From the IMG/VR virus record IMGVR_UViG_3300044796_000031, positions 1 to 57,068 of that record: 57,068 nucleotides of DNA, one strand, 5' to 3'. Shown piece after piece: positions 34,397-44,256 of this stretch. The position numbers and the translations under genes were made by a program. The DNA is from a virus (taxonomy: Duplodnaviria > Caudoviricetes). A model generated the notes under the pieces. It ran no database searches. It saw only the letters and a program-made list of their open reading frames with translations, and was not told the DNA's origin. The stretch's first letter is position 1; the number at the start of each line of letters is the position of its first letter.

Positions 34397-36679
34397 TTAC
34401 GCCGTCCTTATGAACATGCCAACACTAGCGTCACCAAGAGTATTTAATGTAATTCCACTCACATTGCGCCATGTGCCGGAAGGCGAACTGGTTGTAAGAT
34501 TAAATGTCCCCGAGCTGCTAAATGAAGCAATTTTAAGATTACTCCCAGCCGTAGTTGAGCCGTTTGTTAAATTACTCGTTACATTATACGAGAAGAATCC
34601 ATACGCCCCAATCCCTAGCGAATTGTTGGTATCAACAGATAGCGTTCCAGTAGTGGTAATCGTTCCGCCCGTAAGTCCGCCGCTAGTAGCAACTGATGTT
34701 ACCGTACCGCCGCTAGTAGAAGCATTCAGGGTTGTGCCAGTCATAGATAGGCCAGTTCCAAGCGTCAATTCGGCATACGCGGAACCAGAACCCGAAGCAC
34801 CAGAGCCAAGCAATTTACTGCTCGCAGCGGCATTTGCTATTTTTGCCAAAGTCACCGCACTATTAGCTATTGTCGTAGTATTCCCAGAACTAGTTACATC
34901 ACCAGAGAGATTCGCATTAGTTGTAACTGTAGCCGCATTGCCAGTACAGGAGCCGGAAGAACCAGTTACGTTACCAACAACATTCCCCGTGAGTGGTCCC
35001 GCAAATCCAGTAGACGTGAGTAAGCCTGTCGATGGATTAAAACTAATCTTCGTTGAACTAACCTTCTGTGGAAGATTCCCAGTATTGGCTGTTACCCACG
35101 TTAGGTACATCGTGGCGTTGGTTGTCGTGTCGTCAGTGATGGCTGTATTGGTGGCGGTTGTCGCCGTTGTTGCAGTTGTTGCGGTCGTTGCAGTTGTTGC
35201 GGTCGTTGCGGTCGCCGCATTACCGCCTATACTCAAACCCGCAGCGGTCCCGGTAAGGCCTGTACCAGCCCCCGTAAAGGTAGTTGCATCAGCAGTCGTA
35301 AATGTTGCCGCCGCCGCGCTAGACCCACCAATTACCGTTCCATCAATTGTTCCACTAAGAATAACTGCTGCCGCCATGCCAACTGCACCAGATCCTTTTG
35401 GGCTAAGAATGATACCGATGTTTGTATCTGCGCCCTGTGCAGATAAGATCGGCGCATTACCTGTGGCAGTGGCCTCCAATTCAAGATAATTCACCGCGCT
35501 CACATCTGAAATGAAGTTTGCGACTTCCTTACCGTTTGCAGTGATCGCCAATTGGTTGCTTGTCGGGCTATATATCCCGGTCGTTAAGCTACCGATGAAG
35601 CTAAAATTTGGTGCCGTTGCTGAACCTGCTGAGATTGAAATTGCGCCACCAAAAGTTGAGGTAAACGCATTAACAATATCAGTGCCGTCACAGTATAAGA
35701 GTATGTGTGATCCTTGGTCAATTGATATACCACTTCCTGCTGCCGTCTTTAAAGTTAATGTAAATGCACCAGAAGTATCGTTGAAAGCATAATAAATTTG
35801 AGGTGTTGCTGGTACAATTACATTAATATTGCCAGTTAGAATTCCTGTGAATTGTTGTATAATATTTTGAGCTTGTATCGATGTCTCTGTAATATCTGCA
35901 TTACCAGCAACATTTAAATTCAGAATAGTAACAGCAAAATTTGTTTGTGTACCCTTACCAACCGTATACCATGCAGAGCCAGATGAGATGACGAATGCAG
36001 ATTGCGTCTGAGTGAAAATAGAAGTCGATGCGCCATCAATAGTATCACCGCCAACCGTAGCAATCGTCGCACTTCCGGTGCCGTTGTTCGCAAATGGAAA
36101 GAAGAACCCATCACCGACTGCCGCTGCGGAAGGCAATGTTACCGCTCCACTGCCACCAGTCCACACTTGCAAGATAGCACGCTGCGCTGAAGTCAATGTA
36201 GTGCTTGCGCTAATCGCCGTGGCATTCAAATTTACGTTTAAAAAACCCGCAGTTGCCAGCAAACCAGCGCCCGCAAGCGCGGCAGCCGATGCCGAACCAG
36301 TACCAACACCAAACTGCACTGTCTGCCAGCCACCAGCTTGTGTCGTATTGTCATTCAGCATTAGATAATAAGTCTGACCAGCCGCAATCGTTGCAATCGC
36401 GCCACCGTCAAAATCAACCACATTAAACGTATATGTTCCCGCATTGAATATAATCACATCCTGGCCAACACTCGTAAGTGTGGCATCCGGCATCAAAACA
36501 TTAAGCGAAGTGTTTGCAGTTGCAGTTAGATTCATGAACCGCGCGCAAATATCCGTCTGACCAGCAGAAAACGCAGGCCAATAGAGTGTGAGGGGTACTG
36601 AAAATGAGTACGCGGCATAAGAAACATCTGCCGGGCTAACTGCTGAAGCGCCGAATGTATTGGTAAAAACTGTAGACAT
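34397..36679 (-). CDS. Tail fibre/spike protein
   Basis: 760 aa, T/S/G/A-rich, with an (ATT)n repeat. Confidence 0.7.
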   Translation of the reverse strand: MSTVFTNTFGASAVSPADVSYAAYSFSVPLTLYWPAFSAGQTDICARFMNLTATANTSLNVLMPDATLTSVGQDVIIFNAGTYTFNVVDFDGGAIATIAAGQTYYLMLNDNTTQAGGWQTVQFGVGTGSASAAALAGAGLLATAGFLNVNLNATAISASTTLTSAQRAILQVWTGGSGAVTLPSAAAVGDGFFFPFANNGTGSATIATVGGDTIDGASTSIFTQTQSAFVISSGSAWYTVGKGTQTNFAVTILNLNVAGNADITETSIQAQNIIQQFTGILTGNINVIVPATPQIYYAFNDTSGAFTLTLKTAAGSGISIDQGSHILLYCDGTDIVNAFTSTFGGAISISAGSATAPNFSFIGSLTTGIYSPTSNQLAITANGKEVANFISDVSAVNYLELEATATGNAPILSAQGADTNIGIILSPKGSGAVGMAAAVILSGTIDGTVIGGSSAAAATFTTADATTFTGAGTGLTGTAAGLSIGGNAATATTATTATTATTATTATTATNTAITDDTTTNATMYLTWVTANTGNLPQKVSSTKISFNPSTGLLTSTGFAGPLTGNVVGNVTGSSGSCTGNAATVTTNANLSGDVTSSGNTTTIANSAVTLAKIANAAASSKLLGSGASGSGSAYAELTLGTGLSMTGTTLNASTSGGTVTSVATSGGLTGGTITTTGTLSVDTNNSLGIGAYGFFSYNVTSNLTNGSTTAGSNLKIASFSSSGTFNLTTSSPSGTWRNVSGITLNTLGDASVGMFIRTA

Positions 36680-36690
36680 AATCTATCCTA

Positions 36691-37359
36691 TCATGGGCCG
36701 GGAGGGGCTTGCTGTGGTTCACCGACGACTGCGGCGGTATCGTATTTGCCTTCCAATTCCTGCATAATTAGTGCTTGCTTCGCAGCATTATAGTACCCCT
36801 GCCATACCTGAATACGCTCATCGACCTTCACAAACGGCACAGCTTCAAGCAGTGACGCATACAAAAGCAAATCAGGCGCATTAACCGTAAGCCAGTTAGT
36901 CTGTGTAGTTTCATCCAACATCGTCAATGTCCCATAATACGGAATTTTAAATGGATACGCGGCATCTGGCGTAGGTTGAATCAGCCAGTGATTGTAATCC
37001 GCATCGCCATAGAACTTTGGAACGCCCGTCTCAGAAGGATCTGGGAAAACCGTGCGGATGTAGTCATAGTCACGCTCAAAGACTGGCGTGTGAGTGTTAT
37101 TATTGGTTCCAGTTCCGACATAGAACGCAATCGTCTTGCGCCAATCCGAAGGTTTTGCCATCAGGCCATCGGTGAGGGTTGATCCGTTGAACGTACCAGT
37201 TACCTCAGAACGGAAGCCTAGAAGTTTAAGTTCACGAGGGATGCGCTGCTGCGCGAGCATAATGAACTGGGGGACCTGATTGATAATTAGGTCATCATAC
37301 CGCTGAAGATAATTCTCTAGGTCTAAAACCAGACTTGAGTAGGTCATTGCTACTGGCAT
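36691..37359 (-). CDS. Tail adaptor / tubular protein A-like
   Basis: MTYSSL..YLQR, PTPD..Y, TNWL..APDLLLYASLLEA. Confidence 0.75.
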   Translation of the reverse strand: MPVAMTYSSLVLDLENYLQRYDDLIINQVPQFIMLAQQRIPRELKLLGFRSEVTGTFNGSTLTDGLMAKPSDWRKTIAFYVGTGTNNNTHTPVFERDYDYIRTVFPDPSETGVPKFYGDADYNHWLIQPTPDAAYPFKIPYYGTLTMLDETTQTNWLTVNAPDLLLYASLLEAVPFVKVDERIQVWQGYYNAAKQALIMQELEGKYDTAAVVGEPQQAPPGP

Positions 37360-37367
37360 ATATCCTC

Positions 37368-37910
37368 CTACTGTTGCAGTCGGATTGCCATGATTTGAGC
37401 CTCTACAGCATCAAGTGACCCAGCCGTGGGAGCAGTATCCATTCCACCAAAGATAGCGATAGCGTCGTTCGTATTAGCCGTTGTGTAGAACCCACACATC
37501 CATGAATAATCACCCATCGTGAATGTCGTAGTCGTTAGAATCTGAGTAAGTGCGGCAACCGAACCGCCAGTTAAATCAGCGGGCGTATTGTTCGTGCGCC
37601 GAAGTTTCAGCGTTACAGTACGATTCGCGGCCAGTGTAGCAGCATTATAATCCAGTCGCACGCGCGCGAAGATCATATAGACCCCAGCAGCATTCAAAGT
37701 AAGCGCTGGAGACGTTGTGCCGAATGTAAGCGCAGCCTGTGTATTAGTAAGCGAGTATGCCGTACCAGATGCAAATACCGATAACTGATGCGCCGTGACA
37801 AACCCAGTACCACCAGTGCCGCCATTGGCAACTGGCAGAACTCCGATAGCAGTGCTAACATTGGGTGAACCAACGACGCCATTTACATTGTTTGGGCTTG
37901 GAGCGGTCAT
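37368..37910 (-). CDS. Virion structural protein
   Basis: GVLPVANGGTG motif; SD-coupled within late operon. Confidence 0.6.
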   Translation of the reverse strand: MTAPSPNNVNGVVGSPNVSTAIGVLPVANGGTGGTGFVTAHQLSVFASGTAYSLTNTQAALTFGTTSPALTLNAAGVYMIFARVRLDYNAATLAANRTVTLKLRRTNNTPADLTGGSVAALTQILTTTTFTMGDYSWMCGFYTTANTNDAIAIFGGMDTAPTAGSLDAVEAQIMAIRLQQ

Positions 37911-37911
37911 G

Positions 37912-38250
37912 TTATCCCATTACCCCAGCTTGAATGACGGTCAGCGTAACAACACCAGATGTCCAAGCCGTATTATCCAACCGAACTGCGCGAACTGGAG
38001 TGGTGATGGTATCAACGCCATTCGCGGTCAAATTTACCAGCGTAGGATGGTCGAACCAAACGGCATCCGTATTGTAGTTCGTCGCATATGTAGCATACGG
38101 ATCATCACAGCTATATTGAACTTTAGATGTAGCGGATGCCGTACCAAATTCAACAGCAAGTGTGATCTGGAATGGCGTCAGATAAATATCGAGGATTGCT
38201 GGAGCACTTGGACCAGTCGAACCGGGGGCTGAAAGAACAATAGGACGCAC
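37912..38250 (-). CDS. Conserved small virion protein
   Basis: GTG start, SD AGGAG; WFDHP..PVRAVRL..QAG. Confidence 0.65.
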   Translation of the reverse strand: MRPIVLSAPGSTGPSAPAILDIYLTPFQITLAVEFGTASATSKVQYSCDDPYATYATNYNTDAVWFDHPTLVNLTANGVDTITTPVRAVRLDNTAWTSGVVTLTVIQAGVMG

Positions 38251-38276
38251 TAGACTCTCCTGTTACTAAGAGGAGC

Positions 38277-38498
38277 CTATGCCCCTCTCGGTTTCTTCTT
38301 AGACATCATCATAGCGATAAGACGCCGATCCTGCTTCTCATCATCATGAACCTTGCCACCTTTTTTCATCATAGGCTTATGGCCATGCTTGCCTTCCGAA
38401 GACATTTCCTTATGACCATGAATCATGCCACCACGTTTTTTGCCAACGCCTGGACCTTCCATATCTGGTTCACCGTCTGTTTTTGGTTGCCGAGTCAT
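38277..38498 (-). CDS. Small basic protein with KKGG motifs
   Basis: KKRGGMI, MKKGGKV. Confidence 0.6.
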   Translation of the reverse strand: MTRQPKTDGEPDMEGPGVGKKRGGMIHGHKEMSSEGKHGHKPMMKKGGKVHDDEKQDRRLIAMMMSKKKPRGA

Positions 38499-38725
38499 TC
38501 AAACGTCTCCATCTTTTTCCAACCAGCGTACCCTTCACATGGCGCACCAGTAGATTGCATCATTTTTGAATCAACAGACTTGGCGTACTTTGGATCCCCA
38601 CGCATTGCACCCTTACGGCTTTCGTCTACCTGATCCGCAGGAAATGAATCACCCTTAGCTGCCATAGAAGCGCCGCCGATGACCTCATCAGCCGCACCGC
38701 TAAATGGAACCCCAAACTTTGCCAT
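38495..38725 (-). CDS. Small hypothetical protein
   Basis: Coupled ORF in late operon. Confidence 0.55.
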   Translation of the reverse strand: MAKFGVPFSGAADEVIGGASMAAKGDSFPADQVDESRKGAMRGDPKYAKSVDSKMMQSTGAPCEGYAGWKKMETFE

Positions 38726-38736
38726 TTTCTAACCTA

Positions 38737-39672
38737 TTACGTTGCAGCTACAGCAAGACCAGAAGTAGCCCCAGTTGGTACTGCACCGTCCACATAGATA
38801 GGGCCAGTCGTCGCGTAAACTGTAGCGCCGACGCTCGTGCAGTTTTTCAGAAGTACAGAGCCACCAGCAGATGCGTTGACGGTCGCAGCAACTGAAATCG
38901 TAGTAGCACCAGAGTTGATAGCATTAAAGAACGTGCAGTCTTGGAATAGAACATACCGATCAATGCCACCTGAACCAACAGTAAAATGAAGGTTCCCAGC
39001 AAGCGACGAATCCATTTGGAAAGTGCAGCCATAAAATTTATTGCGCGGCGTGCCAGACAGAAATTCAAGCGAAGCATTAGCATTGGTAGCGCGTACAACC
39101 GTATCAAGACCAATCGTACAGCCATCAAATACGTTTTCGCCGGAACCAGCAACAGTCAGCGAGCGCATACCAGCCTGAGCCGCACCCGTAGCATTACCAC
39201 CACCAAGGAACTGCACGTTTTTGTAATAGTTACGCCCACCAGCTTCAGCCCAGCAAATCTGGGTAACAGCATCGACATAACCATAAAACGTACCGATGTT
39301 GGCGATAATGCAGCCCTGAGCCGTTACGTTCACCATTGGAGTGAATACGGTAGTCCCAGTGGACGAAATGCGTGCACGGTCATTCCCAGATGGAGCAGTC
39401 AGGCCAATCAGGTGGACCTTATCCTTAGCCCATGCGATAGTAGACGCCGTATGGATCGTACCAGTGACAAATACAACATCGTTGTTATTAGCCGTTGCCA
39501 GCGCCTGAGCGCGTGCAAGAGTTGCCAATGGGGCATCCGCAGCCCCCGAGTTGCCATCGGCACCAGTTGCCTCATTGACGAAGTAGTAATTCCCGGTAAA
39601 GGGAAGCAAGCCACCCGTACCAATAGTTGGGACGCCTGCAACTTCAAGACCACTAAAATTTGTAATTCCCAC
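38737..39672 (-). CDS. Beta-helix capsid-associated protein
   Basis: YYFVN..GADGNSG..APLATL..A; repeating beta-helix pattern; directly after MCP. Confidence 0.65.
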   Translation of the reverse strand: MGITNFSGLEVAGVPTIGTGGLLPFTGNYYFVNEATGADGNSGAADAPLATLARAQALATANNNDVVFVTGTIHTASTIAWAKDKVHLIGLTAPSGNDRARISSTGTTVFTPMVNVTAQGCIIANIGTFYGYVDAVTQICWAEAGGRNYYKNVQFLGGGNATGAAQAGMRSLTVAGSGENVFDGCTIGLDTVVRATNANASLEFLSGTPRNKFYGCTFQMDSSLAGNLHFTVGSGGIDRYVLFQDCTFFNAINSGATTISVAATVNASAGGSVLLKNCTSVGATVYATTGPIYVDGAVPTGATSGLAVAAT

Positions 39673-39705
39673 TGGAATCTCCTAAAAATGTATATTGTTT
39701 AGTGA

Positions 39706-40626
39706 CTATGCGCCTGCGTTGCCCCAGAGCGAGCGAGGATCCGTGTTACCAACATCGTAACGCTCAATTGCCTTGTAGCGCCACGAATCAGTCTCAAAAT
39801 CACCCTCCATGGTTTTCTTAAGAGCCGAACGCATAACTACTTGCAGGCCATCTGGAACCGTCGAAGTGTCGTTATGGATGAACCAAGCGGTGTTAGAGGT
39901 AAGACGCGTCATAACCGAAACGCCGTTGCTCAGATAACCACGCGATTTAATTGCGTTGAGATCGTTGTTTGCAGTGCCGCTACGCAGAACCGATTTAACA
40001 ATGACTTCACCCTGGAACTCGTTAGCTGGCGAAACAACCAGCGATTCTGGATCCAAGTGAATTTTCTTACCGTTGTTGTCTACGCCGTTCGCACGGATCG
40101 AAATCAGACCCTGTTCAACCGAAGTCTGCGACATCGCTGAGGCGGTGAGAAGGTTAGAGAACGTACCAATTGCAATCGGGTGTGCAGCGTTAATAAGCGC
40201 CACGCCATCGCCACCAGCAAGCGTAAACGCCGTGTTGAGGACGTTAGCAGCAAGAAGCTCTTTGGTTTCAATTAAAGACTGAGCAAGGTGACGCGAGTAA
40301 ATAGAGCCAATGCGAATGTGATCCGCATCTTCGATAAGCGTCGAAGTAAGAGCAAATGCCAAACCATAACGCTTGTAGATGTACTCTTTCTGGAAAAGTT
40401 GCCCACCCGCTTGATAGGTGACTGGCATACCTTCTGGAAGCTCAGGAGCGGCACCAAAGCCGAACAACACTGGTTCTTCATGGCGATCACGAGCAATACC
40501 AGTTTTTACTTTGAAGATTTGCAGATACTCGTCTTTCCGCTGGTCGTAAACACCATCGAATACTTCGTTCAGAATCGGCTCTACTTCGGAGCGGAAATCT
40601 GTATTGCGCATTATGTTTACAGCCAC
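39706..40626 (-). CDS. Major capsid protein (Mu gpT-like, HK97 fold)
   Basis: GFGAAPE..EG, LVVSP, TAWF, EGDFET..YKAIERY; size and position. Confidence 0.85.
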   Translation of the reverse strand: MAVNIMRNTDFRSEVEPILNEVFDGVYDQRKDEYLQIFKVKTGIARDRHEEPVLFGFGAAPELPEGMPVTYQAGGQLFQKEYIYKRYGLAFALTSTLIEDADHIRIGSIYSRHLAQSLIETKELLAANVLNTAFTLAGGDGVALINAAHPIAIGTFSNLLTASAMSQTSVEQGLISIRANGVDNNGKKIHLDPESLVVSPANEFQGEVIVKSVLRSGTANNDLNAIKSRGYLSNGVSVMTRLTSNTAWFIHNDTSTVPDGLQVVMRSALKKTMEGDFETDSWRYKAIERYDVGNTDPRSLWGNAGA

Positions 40627-40652
40627 GGCTATTCTCCTTTAGATTCAGTTAA

Positions 40653-41225
40653 TTATACTGCAACTTTATTTGCAACATATTCGTGTTGAGCAATCGAAAC
40701 TTGGATAATTGGGAAAGCATCACCCCATACGTTACCCACTTGTGTACCGATACCAATAATCCGGAGCTGATTCTGACCAGAGGCTGTTACCCCAGCAGCG
40801 GCAGCGGTGCACGCACTCAGACCAGTCGTGGTTGAGCCAGCCGTGGCGTTCGAGAAGTCAACCTGACCGCCCGTGCTCAAAGCAAGCGTTGCATCGCATT
40901 GGATATTGAATACCATGTTGGGATCATCCCATACCCACGCAAAAAATGGCGAGGAGTTAGTGGTCGTCACAGTGCCTGAAGTCCACATGTCTGAGGAATG
41001 TGGAACGCCCTGAGCATCAATCCATGTGACACCAGCGAAAATACCGATAATGTCCACATCACCCGCAGCCGCGATTTGAAGCGTACCATCACTGATAACT
41101 TTAACCGGCGAATATTTGAGAATGTTCGCAGCATAACCCGAAGCAATGCTATACGGGCGGGCAGCAAGATTGCCGTTGTTGCTATAAGCGGGTACGCAGC
41201 CGAAGGGATTTGAAGTCGCAACCAT
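40653..41225 (-). CDS. Capsid decoration/cement-like protein
   Basis: NPFG..P, IASGY, GIFAG, DDPN..F.IQ; directly upstream of MCP. Confidence 0.65.
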   Translation of the reverse strand: MVATSNPFGCVPAYSNNGNLAARPYSIASGYAANILKYSPVKVISDGTLQIAAAGDVDIIGIFAGVTWIDAQGVPHSSDMWTSGTVTTTNSSPFFAWVWDDPNMVFNIQCDATLALSTGGQVDFSNATAGSTTTGLSACTAAAAGVTASGQNQLRIIGIGTQVGNVWGDAFPIIQVSIAQHEYVANKVAV

Positions 41226-41249
41226 AGTCTTTACTCCTAAAATTAATTA

Positions 41250-41831
41250 TTACCGCACACCAGCAAGCGTTGGTGCATTTAGTTTCGTCATTGCATAACC
41301 GTCAGCTACACCATTACTAAATTCCCCGCCGCTATAGGCAACAGAACGACCACGGCCATCTTGCCCAATATGAACGGAGTCTTTAAGATTCTTGATGGAT
41401 TCACTTGGAAGGTCATAATGTTTGTACATCATGTCATCTTCCCAATCTTCTTGGGAGATCTTCATCGCTACCATTTCATTGACCATGATGCGGTCTTCCG
41501 TCAATTCACCTGATTTCTGGGAGTTCAAACAGAAGTCGGGGAGTTCCGCGCGGGTGATAAAGCTATAACCAAGGCGCTGGCGGTTCTCTACGGTATCTTT
41601 ACCGTTGGTCGTCGTTGCCCAGAATCCATGGAAGCCAGGGATATGTGGGATAGGAGGAAGAAGGGTATTTACATCTACCAACATCGCGCGGCGTTCAGCA
41701 CGGCGCACAGAATCGGTATTCTCACGGTTTTGGGTAACACTACGGTCAATAGCGGGGCGACCACGACGCGCTTGACCATTGTCAGCACGCTTTGCGATAC
41801 GCTCGTCTGAATCGACACCTGTCATAAACAT
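41250..41831 (-). CDS. Conserved head-region protein
   Basis: LP.IP.IPGFH.FW...RLGY motif. Confidence 0.65.
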   Translation of the reverse strand: MFMTGVDSDERIAKRADNGQARRGRPAIDRSVTQNRENTDSVRRAERRAMLVDVNTLLPPIPHIPGFHGFWATTTNGKDTVENRQRLGYSFITRAELPDFCLNSQKSGELTEDRIMVNEMVAMKISQEDWEDDMMYKHYDLPSESIKNLKDSVHIGQDGRGRSVAYSGGEFSNGVADGYAMTKLNAPTLAGVR

Positions 41832-41940
41832 CTCCGAGTTGTTGGAAAAAATTGATTCCAGCTCAGAGGCTGACGTTCGGCTTTAAGCAGACTACCCTAG
41901 TTAGTCCTAGCCAGCTCCCTATATTGGGCAGCTTTTGATT

Positions 41941-41969
41941 AGTTAGCCATAAAATGCGGATAGAGTCAA
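41941..41969 (-). promoter_or_regulatory. Putative capsid-operon promoter
   Basis: TTGACT-17 nt-CTAACT, followed by a ~105 nt structured leader. Confidence 0.45.
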
Positions 41970-41977
41970 GCGGTATT

Positions 41978-42196
41978 TTAGTCAACCAGTAACGCGCGCT
42001 TCGCATAATCAAGCCAAAAGTATGTCCGATAGCAATCACCAATACTAGATGCTAGATAAAATTCACCATCATGAGTGCGCCCAAGAACGGTCACTTCGGC
42101 TAGATTTTGTGCTGACTGTGCATTGAGAATATCTTTAACCGGCAAATCCAATCTGGTCGTCCCATCAGGAACACCAAGTTCTAAAATATCAGCCAC
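41978..42196 (-). CDS. Small hypothetical protein
   Basis: VLG..DGEFYLASS motif. Confidence 0.6.
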   Translation of the reverse strand: MADILELGVPDGTTRLDLPVKDILNAQSAQNLAEVTVLGRTHDGEFYLASSIGDCYRTYFWLDYAKRALLVD

Positions 42197-43164
42197 TATT
42201 GCGCCTCCCGCAAGATACGCTCACGATCTTTTAATATGCGTGCCATTTTTTCCTTATCATCATAGATGCCATTGGCTTTTAGCATATTTATATAACTCGT
42301 CGGCAGTGTAATCGTCTTCTTCCCCTTCAAATCACTACGCTTCGATCCGCCATTAACCGGAGGAGTCGCTCGCTTCTTAGGTTGGACGACGACTTCATCC
42401 TCGTCGTCTTCATCATCCCGCGTTTGTACTTTCTCAGGAATATACTTCGCAAGACGGTCATCGAGTTCATCCCAAAAATCATCACTCGTAGCATCATAGC
42501 CTTCTTTAATTAGCGCGCCACTAATCGCCTTAGCGACTTCGCTATCGGTATCCCCACCATTCGCCTTATACCAAGCATTGCTCTCAGCCCACGCCTTGGC
42601 TTTATTCACAATGCGCTGGTCTGGGCGCTCTTGCTGAACTGGCTGTTGTACTGGAACACGTTCAACTTGCTGCTTCAATGTTCCAAGCTGTTCTAGTTTT
42701 CGCTGTGCGTCATACATTGCTCGCATGGCAAGTGTAGCTTTCTCACCATCGCCTTCGCTAAATGACTCAGCATGTGCTTTCTCTGCCTGAGAAAAAGCGT
42801 TTGCAGTATCATTGATCGCCTTATCCACTTCCGCTTTATTAATCCCATGCAAGCGACCATCAACATCTGCCAGCCGCGCTTCCATCGCATCAATCCGCTG
42901 CTGTTGCGCACTGATGATCGAATCCTTCTCGCTAAACTTATCGTTGAGTTTTTTCTTACGCAAATGACGCTTTTCCCGATTAGATAATTTTTCACGCTCT
43001 GCCTTAGCTTCCCTTGTCTCGCCACGCTGCTTTCCTATCGACGCATCATCTTCCGATTCTTCCTGAATATCAAATTCAGGTTCTTCGTCTTTCTCGACGC
43101 CCATTTCCTTACCAACGGCAGCAGCCTTATCGGCAATCACATCGTCTTCATGCTCAACGGTCAT
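42196..43164 (-). CDS. Scaffolding-like protein
   Basis: Acidic N-terminus, coiled coil, AWAESNAWY, FWDELD.RL. Confidence 0.7.
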   Translation of the reverse strand: MTVEHEDDVIADKAAAVGKEMGVEKDEEPEFDIQEESEDDASIGKQRGETREAKAEREKLSNREKRHLRKKKLNDKFSEKDSIISAQQQRIDAMEARLADVDGRLHGINKAEVDKAINDTANAFSQAEKAHAESFSEGDGEKATLAMRAMYDAQRKLEQLGTLKQQVERVPVQQPVQQERPDQRIVNKAKAWAESNAWYKANGGDTDSEVAKAISGALIKEGYDATSDDFWDELDDRLAKYIPEKVQTRDDEDDEDEVVVQPKKRATPPVNGGSKRSDLKGKKTITLPTSYINMLKANGIYDDKEKMARILKDRERILREAQ

Positions 43165-43173
43165 AAATTCTCC

Positions 43174-43608
43174 CTAAATATACGCTTTAACTTCCAACGG
43201 ATTCCCAGTTTTCTTCGCCAGCAAATCAATGTCATTCACCAGCATGAACAAAACTACCTTGTCGTCCGTAACCTGAACTTCCCATTTATCCTGATTGTAT
43301 TTAGGGATTCGGACGTAATCGCCCTCAGTACACCACGCGCCTTCAGGCCACATTTGCACAGTATCGCGGTTATGGAAAGCCAGCGGACCAACCTTAATCA
43401 CCTTGGCGATCTGCGTATTCCACTTCTCAGTTTCCTGAGTGTCGTTGACAAAAATAATGCCACCCTTTGATTTAGATTTAGCACTACGCAATTGAACAAT
43501 AATGCGAGAGCCGAAAGGTTCAAAGCCGGGATCAACATTAGGAAAGGCATCAGCTATTTCTTCTTCGGTATAAGACGTATCGGAAACAATTTTTAAAGCG
43601 CTAGTCAT
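43174..43608 (-). CDS. groES: GroES-like co-chaperonin
   Basis: PFGSRIIV..KSKGGII..AKVIKVGP..GDYV..LVNDIDLLA. Confidence 0.85.
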   Translation of the reverse strand: MTSALKIVSDTSYTEEEIADAFPNVDPGFEPFGSRIIVQLRSAKSKSKGGIIFVNDTQETEKWNTQIAKVIKVGPLAFHNRDTVQMWPEGAWCTEGDYVRIPKYNQDKWEVQVTDDKVVLFMLVNDIDLLAKKTGNPLEVKAYI

Positions 43609-43928
43609 GCTGCCCCCGCTTTTGCTTGGTATTGATTCTCAGCGAGAACAAATCCGAACAATGCCCATAGTTTTTGGAAAGCATTATCGTAAGCAATACG
43701 TTCGCCAATTTCTTGATTGTAGTTAGCAGGATTTACGCAAGCGCTTTCGTCACGCACTGAATATCCGTTATCTAATTTGATGCCGCAAAGAGTTACGGTT
43801 CCAAACTGTTTGGTGAACTCAGTTAGTTTAATGCGTGACTCAATATATTCTTTGGTCACACGCGGAGCAGGACTTGCCTGCAATTTTTCTGATAACATAG
43901 CGTCATCAATTAAGAATCTAGTCGTCAT
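43605..43928 (-). CDS. Phage Gp49-family protein
   Basis: APRVT, LDNGYSV..SACVNPANYN.EIG..IA..NA..KLW.L.G. Confidence 0.8.
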   Translation of the reverse strand: MTTRFLIDDAMLSEKLQASPAPRVTKEYIESRIKLTEFTKQFGTVTLCGIKLDNGYSVRDESACVNPANYNQEIGERIAYDNAFQKLWALFGFVLAENQYQAKAGAA

Positions 43929-44100
43929 CACGTTCCTTCTTTCTAGCATCCTCGACTACGCCTAACGCATCGTTAAGCCCCATCCAGATACCCAACAGTT
44001 TTGTGAACTCGTTAAAGTCTTGCGGAGGCTTGGTAAATACAGCCTCCTGCAAGCCCTTCTGCCGTTCACGTAAGGCAGTTAGCAATTCTTCGGCACGCAC
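43918..44100 (-). CDS. Small conserved head-region protein
   Basis: PQDFNEF..LLG..GL motif. Confidence 0.65.
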   Translation of the reverse strand: MRAEELLTALRERQKGLQEAVFTKPPQDFNEFTKLLGIWMGLNDALGVVEDARKKERDDD

Positions 44101-44256
44101 CTACTTCTTCTTTCCGTCTTTTTTCATCGGCTTCATTTTAGCCATCTCAGCCATTTTAACTTCGCCACCTTTTTTCATGCCGGTGACTTTTTCGCCCATA
44201 GCAATTCGCTTGTGCATATTAACTTCTTTTGAAGTCGTCTGAGTATCTTTAGACAT
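44101..44256 (-). CDS. Small basic protein (51 aa, not in track)
   Basis: MSKDTQTTSKEVNMHKRIAMGEKVTGMKKGGEVKM...; SD GAGGAG. Confidence 0.6.
   Translation of the reverse strand: MSKDTQTTSKEVNMHKRIAMGEKVTGMKKGGEVKMAEMAKMKPMKKDGKKK

Noticed and set aside
35147-35218. (Ala-Thr-Thr)n repeat in the tail fibre as a contingency locus
   Set aside because: Short, codon-degenerate and typical of fibre shaft linkers.
16377-36679. Diversity-generating retroelement acting on fibre genes
   Set aside because: No reverse transcriptase and no TR/VR pair with adenine-specific mismatches seen.
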